Source: Bacilli bacterium
Lineage (GTDB): Bacteria > Bacillota_I > Bacilli_A > RF39 > UBA660
Assembly: GCA_900771805.1 (NCBI GenBank)
Contig: CAAGPL010000009.1
Location: 2,168-66,167 of the forward strand
Reading direction: 5' to 3'
DNA: 64,000 nt
Shown: one piece after another, positions 45,854-56,115 of the stretch
How positions within the stretch are numbered: position 1 is the stretch's first letter
Layout: every line of letters begins with the position of its first letter
Made by a program: the position numbers and the translations under genes
Notes under the pieces: generated by a model
What the model saw: the letters and a program-made list of their open reading frames with translations, nothing else
Databases searched by the model: none
What the model was told of the DNA's origin: nothing

Positions 45854-46529
45854 TTTGAAATTATCAAATAGACTTTTAAAAATTGCATCACTAGTAAAAA
45901 ATCATGATGTAATTATTGATGTGGGATGTGATCATGCACTTCTTGATATATATTTAACTAAAAATAAAATAGTAAAAAAAGCAATTGCAACAGATATTAC
46001 TAATGGTGCCATTAATATGGCCTTAAAAAATGTTTCTTATTATGATTGTTTAAATGTAGATGTAAGATTAGGAGATGGTCTTGATACTTTAAAAAAAGAA
46101 GATAAAGTATCTCTTATTATAATGTCAGGTTTAGGTAATCAAAAAATAGTTAGTATTTTAAATAATAATAAAGAAAAAATATGTAATGTAAATGAACTTA
46201 TTATTCAATCTAATACTGGATATTATGAACTTAGAAAAGAAGTAGTAAAATTAGGGTATTTTATAGAAGATGAAGTATTAATAAAAGAAAATAATATTAT
46301 ATATGTTATTATAAAGTTTAAAAAAGGCAAAAGAAGATATAGTAATAAACAATTATACTTCGGACCAATACTATTAAAAAATAAAGATACGTTATTTAAA
46401 GAATTAATATATAAAGATATTAATAAAAATAAATTAATATTAGATAATCTTCCAAGTAAAAAAGTATTAAAATGTTTAGAATTAAATTTAAAAATAAAAA
46501 AATTAAAAAAAGAAATTAAAGGATTATAA
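45846..46529 (+). CDS. trmK: tRNA (adenine22-N1)-methyltransferase TrmK
   Basis: [32 protein letters not shown]...RLGDGL...IIMSGLG aligns closely with B. subtilis TrmK. Synteny after sigA fits. Confidence 0.8.
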   Translation: MTNLKLSNRLLKIASLVKNHDVIIDVGCDHALLDIYLTKNKIVKKAIATDITNGAINMALKNVSYYDCLNVDVRLGDGLDTLKKEDKVSLIIMSGLGNQKIVSILNNNKEKICNVNELIIQSNTGYYELRKEVVKLGYFIEDEVLIKENNIIYVIIKFKKGKRRYSNKQLYFGPILLKNKDTLFKELIYKDINKNKLILDNLPSKKVLKCLELNLKIKKLKKEIKGL

Positions 46530-46545
46530 TATTTAATTTCTTTTT

Positions 46546-46896
46546 TTATATAAAAAATGTTGGAGAAAAATCATTTTTGTTTTCTAAATTATTCTTTTCT
46601 TCTACTTTTTTAATGTTTAAATTATTATTATTTTCTTTTTGGCCAATATTTTTAAATTCTTTTCCTATTTTTCCTATTGTCTTTAAATTATTAAACATGG
46701 GTTTAACTTGATAGTATAACGGTATTGCTTGATTTACTACATTAAGAGTTTTTTGAGCATTAGAAAGTATTGAAGAAATATTTAATTTTCCAAGTAAACC
46801 AGTTGCTCCTTTTAGTGTTGTGGCAGAAGATGAAATGGTATTTGGCATGGATAAATATGCAGGATTTGCCATATAATATGGAACTTGATTAAACAT
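46546..46896 (-). CDS. YqfQ/VrrA-like protein
   Basis: ILSNAQKTLNVVNQAIPLYYQVKPMFNNLKTIGKI resembles the YqfQ core (L.NTQKVLNTAQQIGPMVQQYGPIVKNLP). Location near trmK as in Bacillus. Confidence 0.55.
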   Translation of the reverse strand: MFNQVPYYMANPAYLSMPNTISSSATTLKGATGLLGKLNISSILSNAQKTLNVVNQAIPLYYQVKPMFNNLKTIGKIGKEFKNIGQKENNNNLNIKKVEEKNNLENKNDFSPTFFI

Positions 46897-47023
46897 TTTA
46901 TCACCTCTATATTAATATATGAAAAAATATTTAAATGGTTTAATTAAATATAGGTAATTATTTATGTTGTTTTTCATCTTAATTATGATATAATATTTTT
47001 ATAGAATAGGAAGGTATTTAAAA

Positions 47024-48850
47024 ATGAACGTTATAAAGATAATATTGTTACCATTTGTTTTTATATATAAAGGTTTTATATCTGTTTTATTAATTCCTTA
47101 TTACTTTGTATTAGGCATTGTAAAATTATTTGAACTAATATTTAAGAAAAAAGATAATAAAGTTAAAAAAGATATTGCTTTAGAACTTAAACCAAATGAA
47201 AAAATAAAGGTTGTAAAAGAAGTTAAAAATGCATACGAAAGTAAAAATTTAAATAATAATATTACGATGAAAACTGCTGAAGAAAAGGATAAATATGCTA
47301 TTAAAAAGCAAAAAGAATTTGAAAAGCTAGTAAAAAAAGCAAAATTAGAAGAAGAAAAAAGAGCTAAAGAGCAGTTAAAACTTAAAATAGAACGTGAAAA
47401 AAAAGAAGCTTTAAGAAAAAAGAAAGAAGAATTAATAAAACAACGTGAAGAAGAAAGAGAAAATAAACGTTTAGCTAAAGAAGAAGCTTTAAGAAAAGAA
47501 GGTAAACCAGCTACTTTTTATGAAAAATTAAAAGCATTTTATAAAAAGCTTACTATTAATAAAAAAGAACTTTTAGAATTAGAAGCTAAAAAATCTGTTT
47601 TAGATGAGCAGTTTAAGGATGATAAAAATAATCAGTCTAGATTTACATCATCAATTATATTTAATTATGTTGCTAAAAATAAAAATGGTGAAATTGAAAA
47701 GGGTAGTATAGAAGCTTTATCAAGAGTTGATGTTCATTCATTTTTAGTTGCTGAAGGTTATGAAGTTTATGATATAACAGCAGCTAAACAAAAGGGATTA
47801 GAATTTATTAAGATTGAAATGAAGAAAAGTAAACTTATATTTTATTTATCTCAATTATCTGCTTATTTAAAATCAGGTATTTCTCTTGCACAGGCAGTTA
47901 AAATATTATCTGATCAAGCTAAAAGAAAAAGTGAAAAAGATGCTTGGAAGGCTGTTTATTATGATTTATCAATGGGAGATGAATTATCAGTTGCTTTAGA
48001 AAAAAGAAATAAAGTCTTTCCAAAACTACTTATTAATATGATTAAAACAGCAGAAATGACTGGTAATTTACCTGAAACATTAGATGATATGGTTAATTAT
48101 TATACGGAATCTGAAACAACTAGAAAGCAAATGAAAAGTGCAATGACATATCCAATTATAGTAACTGTTTTTGCAATGATTGTAGTTACATTTATACTTA
48201 TTTGGGTAGTTCCTCAATTTGTTGATATATATGATGATTTAGGTAGTGAACTTCCTACTATAACAAAGATAGTAATTAGTATTAGTGATTTTTTAAAGAA
48301 TTATTTAATTTATTTATTACTTGGAATTATAGTTTTATGTATTATATATATATTTTTATTTAGAAATATTAAGCAGTTTAGAAAAGTTTTCCAAGAGTTT
48401 TTTATGCATTTACCTGTTATTGGAAATATTATAATATATAATGAAGTTACTATTTTTACTAAGACTTTTGCTAATCTTATTAATCATAATGTATTTATAA
48501 CTGATTCTATTGATGTATTAAGTAAGATAACTGATAATGAAGTTTATAAAAAATTAATTTATGATACAGCTAAAAATTTAACAAAGGGTGATTCTATTTC
48601 AAAAGCTTTTAAAGATCATTGGGCTTTTCCTAATATAGCATATCAAATGCTTATTACAGGTGAAAAAACAGGTAGACTAGGTCCTATGATGGAGAGGGTA
48701 TCAGCTTATTATGAAGAGCAACATAGAAATATTATTACTCAAATGAAAGCTTTAATTGAACCTGTTTTAATAGTTTCTTTAGCTGTTATAGTTGGTGGAA
48801 TATTACTTGCTGTTATTATACCTATGTATGGTATGTATGAGGCATTATAG
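47024..48850 (+). CDS. pilC: PilC/GspF-family platform protein with a ~200-aa N-terminal extension
   Basis: Two T2SSF repeats from about aa 270 on (LSAYLKSGISLAQAV...; FANLINHNVFITDSI...), preceded by a TM segment and a K/E-rich coiled coil. Confidence 0.8.
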   Translation: MNVIKIILLPFVFIYKGFISVLLIPYYFVLGIVKLFELIFKKKDNKVKKDIALELKPNEKIKVVKEVKNAYESKNLNNNITMKTAEEKDKYAIKKQKEFEKLVKKAKLEEEKRAKEQLKLKIEREKKEALRKKKEELIKQREEERENKRLAKEEALRKEGKPATFYEKLKAFYKKLTINKKELLELEAKKSVLDEQFKDDKNNQSRFTSSIIFNYVAKNKNGEIEKGSIEALSRVDVHSFLVAEGYEVYDITAAKQKGLEFIKIEMKKSKLIFYLSQLSAYLKSGISLAQAVKILSDQAKRKSEKDAWKAVYYDLSMGDELSVALEKRNKVFPKLLINMIKTAEMTGNLPETLDDMVNYYTESETTRKQMKSAMTYPIIVTVFAMIVVTFILIWVVPQFVDIYDDLGSELPTITKIVISISDFLKNYLIYLLLGIIVLCIIYIFLFRNIKQFRKVFQEFFMHLPVIGNIIIYNEVTIFTKTFANLINHNVFITDSIDVLSKITDNEVYKKLIYDTAKNLTKGDSISKAFKDHWAFPNIAYQMLITGEKTGRLGPMMERVSAYYEEQHRNIITQMKALIEPVLIVSLAVIVGGILLAVIIPMYGMYEAL

Positions 48851-48860
48851 AGGTGATTTA

Positions 48861-49643
48861 ATGTATTTATTTAATTGTATAATGATTTTTATTATAGGAT
48901 TAGTATTTGGATCATTTTATAATGTTGTTGGTTATAGATTACCAAATAATATATCTATTATATATCCACCATCTAATTGTCCTAATTGTAATCACAAATT
49001 AAAGTTTTATGAATTAATACCAATACTTTCTTATATATTTTTACATGGAAGATGTAGATGTTGTAAAAAAAGGATATCATTTTCTTATCCTTTTTTTGAG
49101 GCATTAACTGGTATTTTATTTTTACTATCTTATATTATTTTTGGTCTTAATATTAAATTCTTTATAAGTATAACTTTTATATCTGTTTTAATAATAATAA
49201 GTATAAGTGATATAAAGTATTATATAATACCAGATGAAGTTTTAATTTTTGGCTCTATATTAATTATATTAGAAATGGTAATTAATTCTATTTTAAATAA
49301 TATAAGTTTATTAAATGGTGTATTATTTCCTATACTTAATGGACTTGGAGCTTTTTGCTTAATGTATTTATTTAAAGTTTTTGGAGATTTAGTTTTTCAA
49401 AAAGAAAGTCTGGGTGGGGGAGATATTAAACTCATGTTTATTATTGGTTTATTTTTAGGATTTGATATGTCAATAGTAACTGTTTTTATTGCATCTTTTA
49501 TAGCATTACCATTATCAGTAATAAGTCTTATAAGAAAAAATAATAATGTACTGCCATTTGGACCTTATTTATCTATAGCAGCTACTATTATACTTTTTTG
49601 TAATTTAAATTTAGATAAAATATTATTATTTTTTACAAAATAA
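48861..49643 (+). CDS. pilD: Prepilin peptidase (A24 family, PilD/ComC-like)
   Basis: Zn-binding CPNC...CRCC and the catalytic-region GGGDIKL. SD AGAGGTGA precedes ATG 48861. Confidence 0.85.
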   Translation: MYLFNCIMIFIIGLVFGSFYNVVGYRLPNNISIIYPPSNCPNCNHKLKFYELIPILSYIFLHGRCRCCKKRISFSYPFFEALTGILFLLSYIIFGLNIKFFISITFISVLIIISISDIKYYIIPDEVLIFGSILIILEMVINSILNNISLLNGVLFPILNGLGAFCLMYLFKVFGDLVFQKESLGGGDIKLMFIIGLFLGFDMSIVTVFIASFIALPLSVISLIRKNNNVLPFGPYLSIAATIILFCNLNLDKILLFFTK

Positions 49644-49663
49644 AAAGCCTTTTATAGGCTTTT

Positions 49664-50953
49664 TTAAATATCCATTATTTCAATTTCATTTAATGTATCA
49701 GAATTATTATTAGAAATAACTTTTTTTTCTTCTTGAGTCTTTTCTGATCCTAATACTATTTTAGTTGATTCATCATCTAATTCTACAACTCTTAATATTT
49801 CTTCTATTGTAGTTAATTCATTAAGAACTTTTATAAGACCATCTTGTAATAATGTTTTAGTATCATTTGTATATACTAATTTTCTAAGTTCTTCTTTAGG
49901 TATTCCATTTGCAATTGCATCTCTTATTTCATCACTTATTGCAAGTACCTCATGAATTGCTATTCTTCCCTTATAACCACCAACACAATTATCACAACCT
50001 TCTGCATATGAAAGTTCATTAATATCTACTCCTAAATTAGCTTTTATTAACTTTTTCTCATAATCAATTGCAGGTCTTTTTTTCTTACAATATGGGCATA
50101 TTCTTCTTGCTAATTTTTGAGATACTATTCCATTTAGTGAACTTGCAAGTAAATATGTTTCAACGTCCATATCTTTTAAACGTTCTATTGTATTAAGTGC
50201 GTTATTAGTATGAAGAGTAGATAATACTAAGTGACCTGTAATAGATGCTCTAACTGCTATTTTAGCTGTTTCATCATCACGGATTTCTCCAATCATTATT
50301 ATATCAGGATCTTGACGTAATATAGAACGTAAAACCTCAGCAAAAGTAAGACCAATATCACTATTTACTTGAATTTGATTTATTCCTTCTATACTCATTT
50401 CAACGGGATCTTCTACAGTAACTAAGTTTACTTTTGAAGTGTTAAGAGTTTGTAAAATAGAGTAAACAGTAGTTGATTTACCTGTACCAGTTGCACCAGT
50501 TACTAATATAATACCATTAGGTTCTTTTATTAAATCTTTAATTTTTCTTAAATTATCATCAGAAAAACCTAATGAATCAAGACCTTTTAATGAAGCTGAA
50601 TAATCAAGTATACGGATAACTATTTTTTCACCTTCATTAGTAGGAAGAGAAGATACACGCATGTCAAGATTAATATCTTTAATTTTAGTTTTAATTGCAC
50701 CATCTTGTGGTAGTCTTGATTCTGTAATATCCATACCAGAAATTATTTTTACACGAGCTAGTAAATTTTTTCTAATATTTTCTGGTATTATCATATAATC
50801 TATTAATACACCATCTATTCTAAATCTTACCTTTACTTTTTTTTCTTGAGGGTCAAAGTGAATATCACTTGCACCAGCTTGAGCAGCATTATATATTATT
50901 TCATCAACAACCTCAGTTATTGGTAGCTTTGTAAAATCAATTTGCTTTAGCAT
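49664..50953 (-). CDS. PilB/GspE/ComGA-family assembly ATPase (short form, 429 aa)
   Basis: Walker A GATGTGKST, VEDPVE, IMIGEIRD, His box GHLVLSTLHTN, and the tetracysteine CPYC...CDNC. Confidence 0.9.
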   Translation of the reverse strand: MLKQIDFTKLPITEVVDEIIYNAAQAGASDIHFDPQEKKVKVRFRIDGVLIDYMIIPENIRKNLLARVKIISGMDITESRLPQDGAIKTKIKDINLDMRVSSLPTNEGEKIVIRILDYSASLKGLDSLGFSDDNLRKIKDLIKEPNGIILVTGATGTGKSTTVYSILQTLNTSKVNLVTVEDPVEMSIEGINQIQVNSDIGLTFAEVLRSILRQDPDIIMIGEIRDDETAKIAVRASITGHLVLSTLHTNNALNTIERLKDMDVETYLLASSLNGIVSQKLARRICPYCKKKRPAIDYEKKLIKANLGVDINELSYAEGCDNCVGGYKGRIAIHEVLAISDEIRDAIANGIPKEELRKLVYTNDTKTLLQDGLIKVLNELTTIEEILRVVELDDESTKIVLGSEKTQEEKKVISNNNSDTLNEIEIMDI

Positions 50954-51074
50954 ATTAACAACTCCCTTGATATTCTTTTTATCCCTTATTATTTTAATCT
51001 TTACTCTAGATTTTATTATAATATTATTATATAATATATTTGATAAGATATCAAGTAAAGAAAAGGTGATATTT

Positions 51075-51566
51075 GTGAAAAAAGATAATAGGGGATTTTT
51101 TTTATCAGAGACAATTGTTGTTATATCATTAGTTACAATAGTTATTGCATTTATGTATCCAAATACTGCTAAATTATATGATAACTATAAAAATCAAGCT
51201 TATATGTATGATCAAACTAAAGATATATATTTACTTAAAGCTATATATGAAAAAGAAAAAGATAAGTTAAAAAAAGATAAAAATTCATTAATTTATTGTA
51301 AAAAATGTGATAATACTGTCACAAAGATTAAAGAAATAGATAATAAGCAAGATGAAAATTTAAATTTAAGTATACCCGAGATAGAAAGATTATATGTTGT
51401 AGGTTATATGGATGATAATTTATCAAGTGATAATTATAATTTTAATAAATATTTAAAAAGAATGAAGAAAAGTGTTTATTCTCCTTTATCTTATAGATTA
51501 ATTGGGATTTTTAAAAGTGATGATGAAAAAAATTACCGATTTGCATCTATTAAAATGGATTTTTAG
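51075..51566 (+). CDS. Pilin/pseudopilin-like protein
   Basis: SD AAAAGGTGA precedes GTG 51075. VKKDNRG|FFLSETIVVISLVTIVIAF has Glu at +5. The longer 50967 start would add an implausible hydrophobic leader. Confidence 0.6.
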   Translation: MKKDNRGFFLSETIVVISLVTIVIAFMYPNTAKLYDNYKNQAYMYDQTKDIYLLKAIYEKEKDKLKKDKNSLIYCKKCDNTVTKIKEIDNKQDENLNLSIPEIERLYVVGYMDDNLSSDNYNFNKYLKRMKKSVYSPLSYRLIGIFKSDDEKNYRFASIKMDF

Positions 51567-51581
51567 GTAGGTGAATAAATT

Positions 51582-51941
51582 ATGAAAAAGTTAAATAATA
51601 AAGGTGTTACTTTAGCAGAATTAATAGTTAGTTTTGCATTAGTTTCAGTTTCAGTTATATATTTTTATCAAACAATATATACTGTTAAAAAATTATATAA
51701 AGAATCAAGTAATAGAACAAGTTTTTTAGTAAAAGAATCATATTCTTATAGAATAATAGATGAAATTGTAAAAGGAAAAAATGATTGTAACTTTATTAAA
51801 GCTGGAATAAATAATTATTCTTCAAAAGATGAATTTTTTAAAGTAGAAGATATTTCTTGCAGCATAAATAATAATGATATTTCTTATGTTAAGTTTAAAA
51901 TAGAAGGTAAGGAAGAAAAATATTATTTTTATAAAAATTAA
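51582..51941 (+). CDS. Pilin/pseudopilin-like protein
   Basis: MKKLNNKG|VTLAELIVSFALVSVSVIYF is a canonical class III signal with Glu+5. Confidence 0.7.
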   Translation: MKKLNNKGVTLAELIVSFALVSVSVIYFYQTIYTVKKLYKESSNRTSFLVKESYSYRIIDEIVKGKNDCNFIKAGINNYSSKDEFFKVEDISCSINNNDISYVKFKIEGKEEKYYFYKN

Positions 51942-51943
51942 AA

Positions 51944-52813
51944 TTAAAATAATCTAAATATAAAGTATTTAAAATACTTTATATTTTTATTTGTAATCAT
52001 TGATATAGTTTGAAACCAAATACATAATCCTCCAAATGATAAAGATAAGTATGCTAATAATATCTTAAGAATAATATTAATATTAAGAGTTTTAATACTT
52101 AAAATTCCACTTGTCATCTCAAGTATTATATTTATAAAAACCTTTAATGTATTATTTAAATTAAATATTTCTTTAATTAAAATTATTAAAATATTAAAAA
52201 GTATTACTATACCAAGTATAACTAATAAATTTATCATGCTTTCTTTTATTATACTTACAAAAATATCTTTAAAATTAACTTTTTCTTTTATTACGTTACT
52301 TTCTAAGTAAGGATTAAAGTTATTTCTTAATAAAAATGCTTTAATTAAATTAGATAGATATAACATAAGAAGAATAATAATTCCAATTTTATAGCTGTTA
52401 AAAATATATATTCCAACACCACCTATTACAAATAAAGGATTAATAAAATGTGTGCAGCAAAGTAAATTTAAAGCTTCGTTTTCACTTATTATACCTTTTT
52501 GTAAATAATTATTAATAAAGGTTGCATTAGATGGTGTACCACAAAATAAAGATGTAATAAATATACTAGTATCTATTTCATTAAATCTAAATAAACGTTT
52601 AAATAAATTTTGAAATGTAATTATTCTATATATACCTAATTTAACTAATAAAAGACCCATTACCATGGTAGGAAATAAACTTGGAAATATCTTTGTTAAA
52701 AACATATTTAAACTTGTTATAACGCTTTTTATTACAATATCAGAATTAATTAATATTAAAAGTTCTATTAATAATAAAAAATAAATTAGTAAAATATCTT
52801 TTTTTGAAGTCAT
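51944..52813 (-). CDS. YlbJ-like (nucleoside-recognition/Gate domain) sporulation membrane protein, tentative
   Basis: Polytopic. ...SLNMFLTKIFPSLFPTMVMGLLL resembles the YlbJ N-terminal signature (W..VFPSLLPFFI). Shorter than Bacillus YlbJ. Confidence 0.5.
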   Translation of the reverse strand: MTSKKDILLIYFLLLIELLILINSDIVIKSVITSLNMFLTKIFPSLFPTMVMGLLLVKLGIYRIITFQNLFKRLFRFNEIDTSIFITSLFCGTPSNATFINNYLQKGIISENEALNLLCCTHFINPLFVIGGVGIYIFNSYKIGIIILLMLYLSNLIKAFLLRNNFNPYLESNVIKEKVNFKDIFVSIIKESMINLLVILGIVILFNILIILIKEIFNLNNTLKVFINIILEMTSGILSIKTLNINIILKILLAYLSLSFGGLCIWFQTISMITNKNIKYFKYFIFRLF

Positions 52814-52871
52814 TTTTCCACTCTCCAATAAATAAACTATTTATATAATCTATTAAAGAAGGGATATATTT

Positions 52872-53438
52872 ATGAAAGAGGAAAATGAGAAAATAATTAT
52901 TTTTAAAAAAGATGTTCAAAACGAAATACTAGGAGAACTTTGCTATGTTAAATTTATAAATGATAATAAATCACATGCTATTTTTTATAAACCTTTAATA
53001 GCGCCAAAGTATTTTAAAGAATATATAAAACAAAATAAAATATATGAAGCATATTATATAACTTGTGATGATATATTAAAAAAATATATAGATTATGCAT
53101 ATACATTTACACCTTCATATGGTCTTTATTATGTAAATAAAGGAGTTGATATATCAAGTAAATTAATATTATTAGTAGATAGTGGTATGGAAATAATTCT
53201 TGATCTTCCAATTTATTCTTATGTTTTAAAAGATGATAAATTTTATGTAAAAAAATTAAAGGAAAGGCCAATAAATAAAAAATATTGCTATGTATGTGAT
53301 AGCTCGTTAGTTAATGAAGAGTTAAAAAAAATTATGATTCCAGTATATGAAGCAGTACCTAATATATTATCTATTAATGAATATGATTTTAAGCATGATA
53401 TAAAAACTAAGAAATATGAAACAAAAAAAATAAAATAA
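52872..53438 (+). CDS. Hypothetical protein (188 aa)
   Basis: Has an SD and a downstream terminator. I recognise no motif. Confidence 0.5.
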   Translation: MKEENEKIIIFKKDVQNEILGELCYVKFINDNKSHAIFYKPLIAPKYFKEYIKQNKIYEAYYITCDDILKKYIDYAYTFTPSYGLYYVNKGVDISSKLILLVDSGMEIILDLPIYSYVLKDDKFYVKKLKERPINKKYCYVCDSSLVNEELKKIMIPVYEAVPNILSINEYDFKHDIKTKKYETKKIK

Positions 53439-53542
53439 TGTAAGTTAAATAGAAAACTTATAAAGATAAAGTCTATTACTTAATTTTAAAGTAATGGCTT
53501 TTTTTTATAATTTATTATATAATAACTACTAGGTGATTTAAT

Positions 53543-56098
53543 GTGACTAGAAGTGAAGTAGATAGAAAAAAAGTATCTCCAATGATGAGACAATATTTAG
53601 AAACTAAGGATAATTATGAGGATGTTATTCTTTTTTATAGAATTGGTGATTTTTATGAAATGTTCTTTGAAGATGCTATTAATGTATCACATGATTTAGA
53701 GCTTACCTTAACAGGTAAAAATGCTGGGTTAGAAGAAAAAATACCAATGTGCGGTGTTCCTCATCATGCAGCTAATATATACATTGATAAATTAATTGAT
53801 AAGGGATACAAAGTTGCAATATGTGAGCAGGTAGAAGATCCTAAAGATGCTAAAGGAATAGTTAAAAGAGAAGTAATTAGAATAGTATCAAAAGGAACTG
53901 TTATGTCAGATGATATGTTAGATGCTAAAAACAATAACTTTATTGGAGCATTAAAGGACTTAGGACACTGTTTTTCACTTTCTTATGCTGATTTATCTAC
54001 GGGAGAATTTATAAGTGTATTAGTAGAATATGAAATAGAAAAAATAATAAATGAGATAGTAAATGATAATATAGCAGAGTTAATAATAAATGGTAATGTT
54101 GATTCTAGAATTATAAATGTTTTAAAAAATAATTATTCTATTTCTATATCAAAAGAAGATTGTGATATAGAAATAAAAGAATATAAAGATTTATATAAAG
54201 ATATTAAAGATGTTAGAATAATATCTTCAGTATGTGTTTTATTAAATTATTTAACAAATACTCAAAAAAGAAGTATTGAGCATTTGCAAAACGTTAAAGT
54301 AAAAGATTATAAAACTTATTTAAAGATGGATATTCATACAAAAAGAAATTTAGAATTAACAGAAAACTTAAGAACAAAAGAGCGAACATACTCACTTTTA
54401 TGGTTACTTGATAAAACAAAGACAGCGATGGGATCTAGAATGCTAAAGCAAATGATTGAAAACCCACTTATTGATAAAGAAGAAATAGAAAATAGATATG
54501 ATATGGTATCTAAATTACTTGAAGAATTCTTACTTAAAGATGAATTAAAAGAATTATTAAATGAAGTTTATGACCTTGAAAGATTAGCAGGAAGAGTATC
54601 ATTTGGTAACGCTAATGCAAGAGATTTACTTCAGCTTAAAAGCTCTCTTAAAGTATTACCTAGAATAAAAGAAATTGTAAGTATTTTAGGTTTTAACTTA
54701 GTAATAGATGACTTAACCGATTTATATGAATTTTTAGATAAAAGTATTTATGAAAATCCTCCTATCACGTTAAAAGAAGGATACTTAATAAAGCCTGGTT
54801 ACAATAAAGAATTAGATGATTTAAAACTTGCTAGAAAAGGTGGTAAGGACTTTATTGCACAACTAGAAGAAAAGGAAAAAGAAAGAACTGGAATTAAAAA
54901 CTTAAGGGTAGGATATAATAGGGTCTTTGGTTATTATATCGAGGTTTCTAAAGGAAATAGCCGCCAGGTTAAAGAAGAGTTTGGCTGGGAGAGAAAACAA
55001 ACACTTGCTAATAACGAGAGATTTATAACTCCTGAATTAAAGGAAAAAGAACAACTTATTTTAGGTGCTGAAGAAAAAATAATAAACTTAGAATATGAAC
55101 TTTTTACAAACATAAGATGCAAGGTAAAAGAAGTTATACCAACTATTCAGTTGACTGCTAAAATGGTAGCAAAATTAGATGTCATGCAATCTTTTGCAAC
55201 CATATCTGAAGAAAATAACTATACAAGACCTATTATTACTCTTGATAAAGAAGTTAAAATAATAGAAGGAAGACATCCGGTAGTTGAAAAGGTATTAAAT
55301 AGTGAGTTTGTATCAAATGATATAATATTTACTAAAGATAAGTATGTAGAACTTATAACAGGGCCTAATATGGCTGGTAAATCAACTTATATGAGACAAA
55401 TGGCAATGATTGTTATAATGGCTCAAATAGGATGTTTTGTACCTGCTAGAAAGGCTTATTTACCGGTATTTGATAAGATATTTACTCGTATTGGAGCATC
55501 TGATGATTTAGTTAGTGGAGAATCTACTTTTATGGTAGAGATGAAAGAGGCTAATCGTGCTATTTTAGATGCAACAGAGCATAGCCTAATTTTATTTGAT
55601 GAGTTAGGACGTGGTACTGCAACTTATGATGGTATTTCACTTGCACAAGCAATTATTGAATACATTCATGATAATATAAAAGCAATTACTTTTTTCTCAA
55701 CTCATTATCATGAATTAACAACTCTTGAAGAACATAAAGCTCATATTAAAAACGTACATGTATCTGCACATGAAGAAAATGGTGTTATTACATTTTTGCA
55801 TAAAGTAAAAGATGGAAGTGTAGATAAAAGTTATGGAATTCATGTTGCAAAATTGGCACAATTACCAGATTCTTTAATTAAAAGAGCTGATGAAATACTA
55901 AATTCTTATGAACATAGGGAAAATAAAAAAGTTGGTTTAGTAAACCAAATTAGTATGAATTTTGATCAAACAGATAAAAAAGATTCAAAGTATGATATAA
56001 TAAAAGAAAAATTAGATAAAATAAATCCACTTGAAGTATCTCCAATGGAAGCTTTAAATATTTTATATGATTTAAAAAAAGAAATAGATAAAAGGTAA
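53543..56098 (+). CDS. mutS: DNA mismatch repair protein MutS
   Basis: TPMMRQYLE, GDFYEMFFEDA, Walker A GPNMAGKST, DELGRGT. GTG start follows SD AGGTGA. Confidence 0.95.
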   Translation: MTRSEVDRKKVSPMMRQYLETKDNYEDVILFYRIGDFYEMFFEDAINVSHDLELTLTGKNAGLEEKIPMCGVPHHAANIYIDKLIDKGYKVAICEQVEDPKDAKGIVKREVIRIVSKGTVMSDDMLDAKNNNFIGALKDLGHCFSLSYADLSTGEFISVLVEYEIEKIINEIVNDNIAELIINGNVDSRIINVLKNNYSISISKEDCDIEIKEYKDLYKDIKDVRIISSVCVLLNYLTNTQKRSIEHLQNVKVKDYKTYLKMDIHTKRNLELTENLRTKERTYSLLWLLDKTKTAMGSRMLKQMIENPLIDKEEIENRYDMVSKLLEEFLLKDELKELLNEVYDLERLAGRVSFGNANARDLLQLKSSLKVLPRIKEIVSILGFNLVIDDLTDLYEFLDKSIYENPPITLKEGYLIKPGYNKELDDLKLARKGGKDFIAQLEEKEKERTGIKNLRVGYNRVFGYYIEVSKGNSRQVKEEFGWERKQTLANNERFITPELKEKEQLILGAEEKIINLEYELFTNIRCKVKEVIPTIQLTAKMVAKLDVMQSFATISEENNYTRPIITLDKEVKIIEGRHPVVEKVLNSEFVSNDIIFTKDKYVELITGPNMAGKSTYMRQMAMIVIMAQIGCFVPARKAYLPVFDKIFTRIGASDDLVSGESTFMVEMKEANRAILDATEHSLILFDELGRGTATYDGISLAQAIIEYIHDNIKAITFFSTHYHELTTLEEHKAHIKNVHVSAHEENGVITFLHKVKDGSVDKSYGIHVAKLAQLPDSLIKRADEILNSYEHRENKKVGLVNQISMNFDQTDKKDSKYDIIKEKLDKINPLEVSPMEALNILYDLKKEIDKR

Positions 56099-56115
56099 GG
56101 CAAAGGTGATTAAAA

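Noticed and set aside
51040-51054. Palindrome TTGATA-aga-TATCAA upstream of the pilin-like gene, considered as an operator.
   Set aside because: It is a 6+6 A/T-rich palindrome of a kind expected by chance in this composition. No second copy was seen.
50967-51074. The long hydrophobic N-terminal extension (MIFFLSLIILIF...) of the pilin-like ORF.
   Set aside because: Prepilin leaders are short and polar. GTG 51075 has a good SD and gives VKKDNRG|FFLSE. The upstream part is the divergent promoter region shared with the pilB-like gene.
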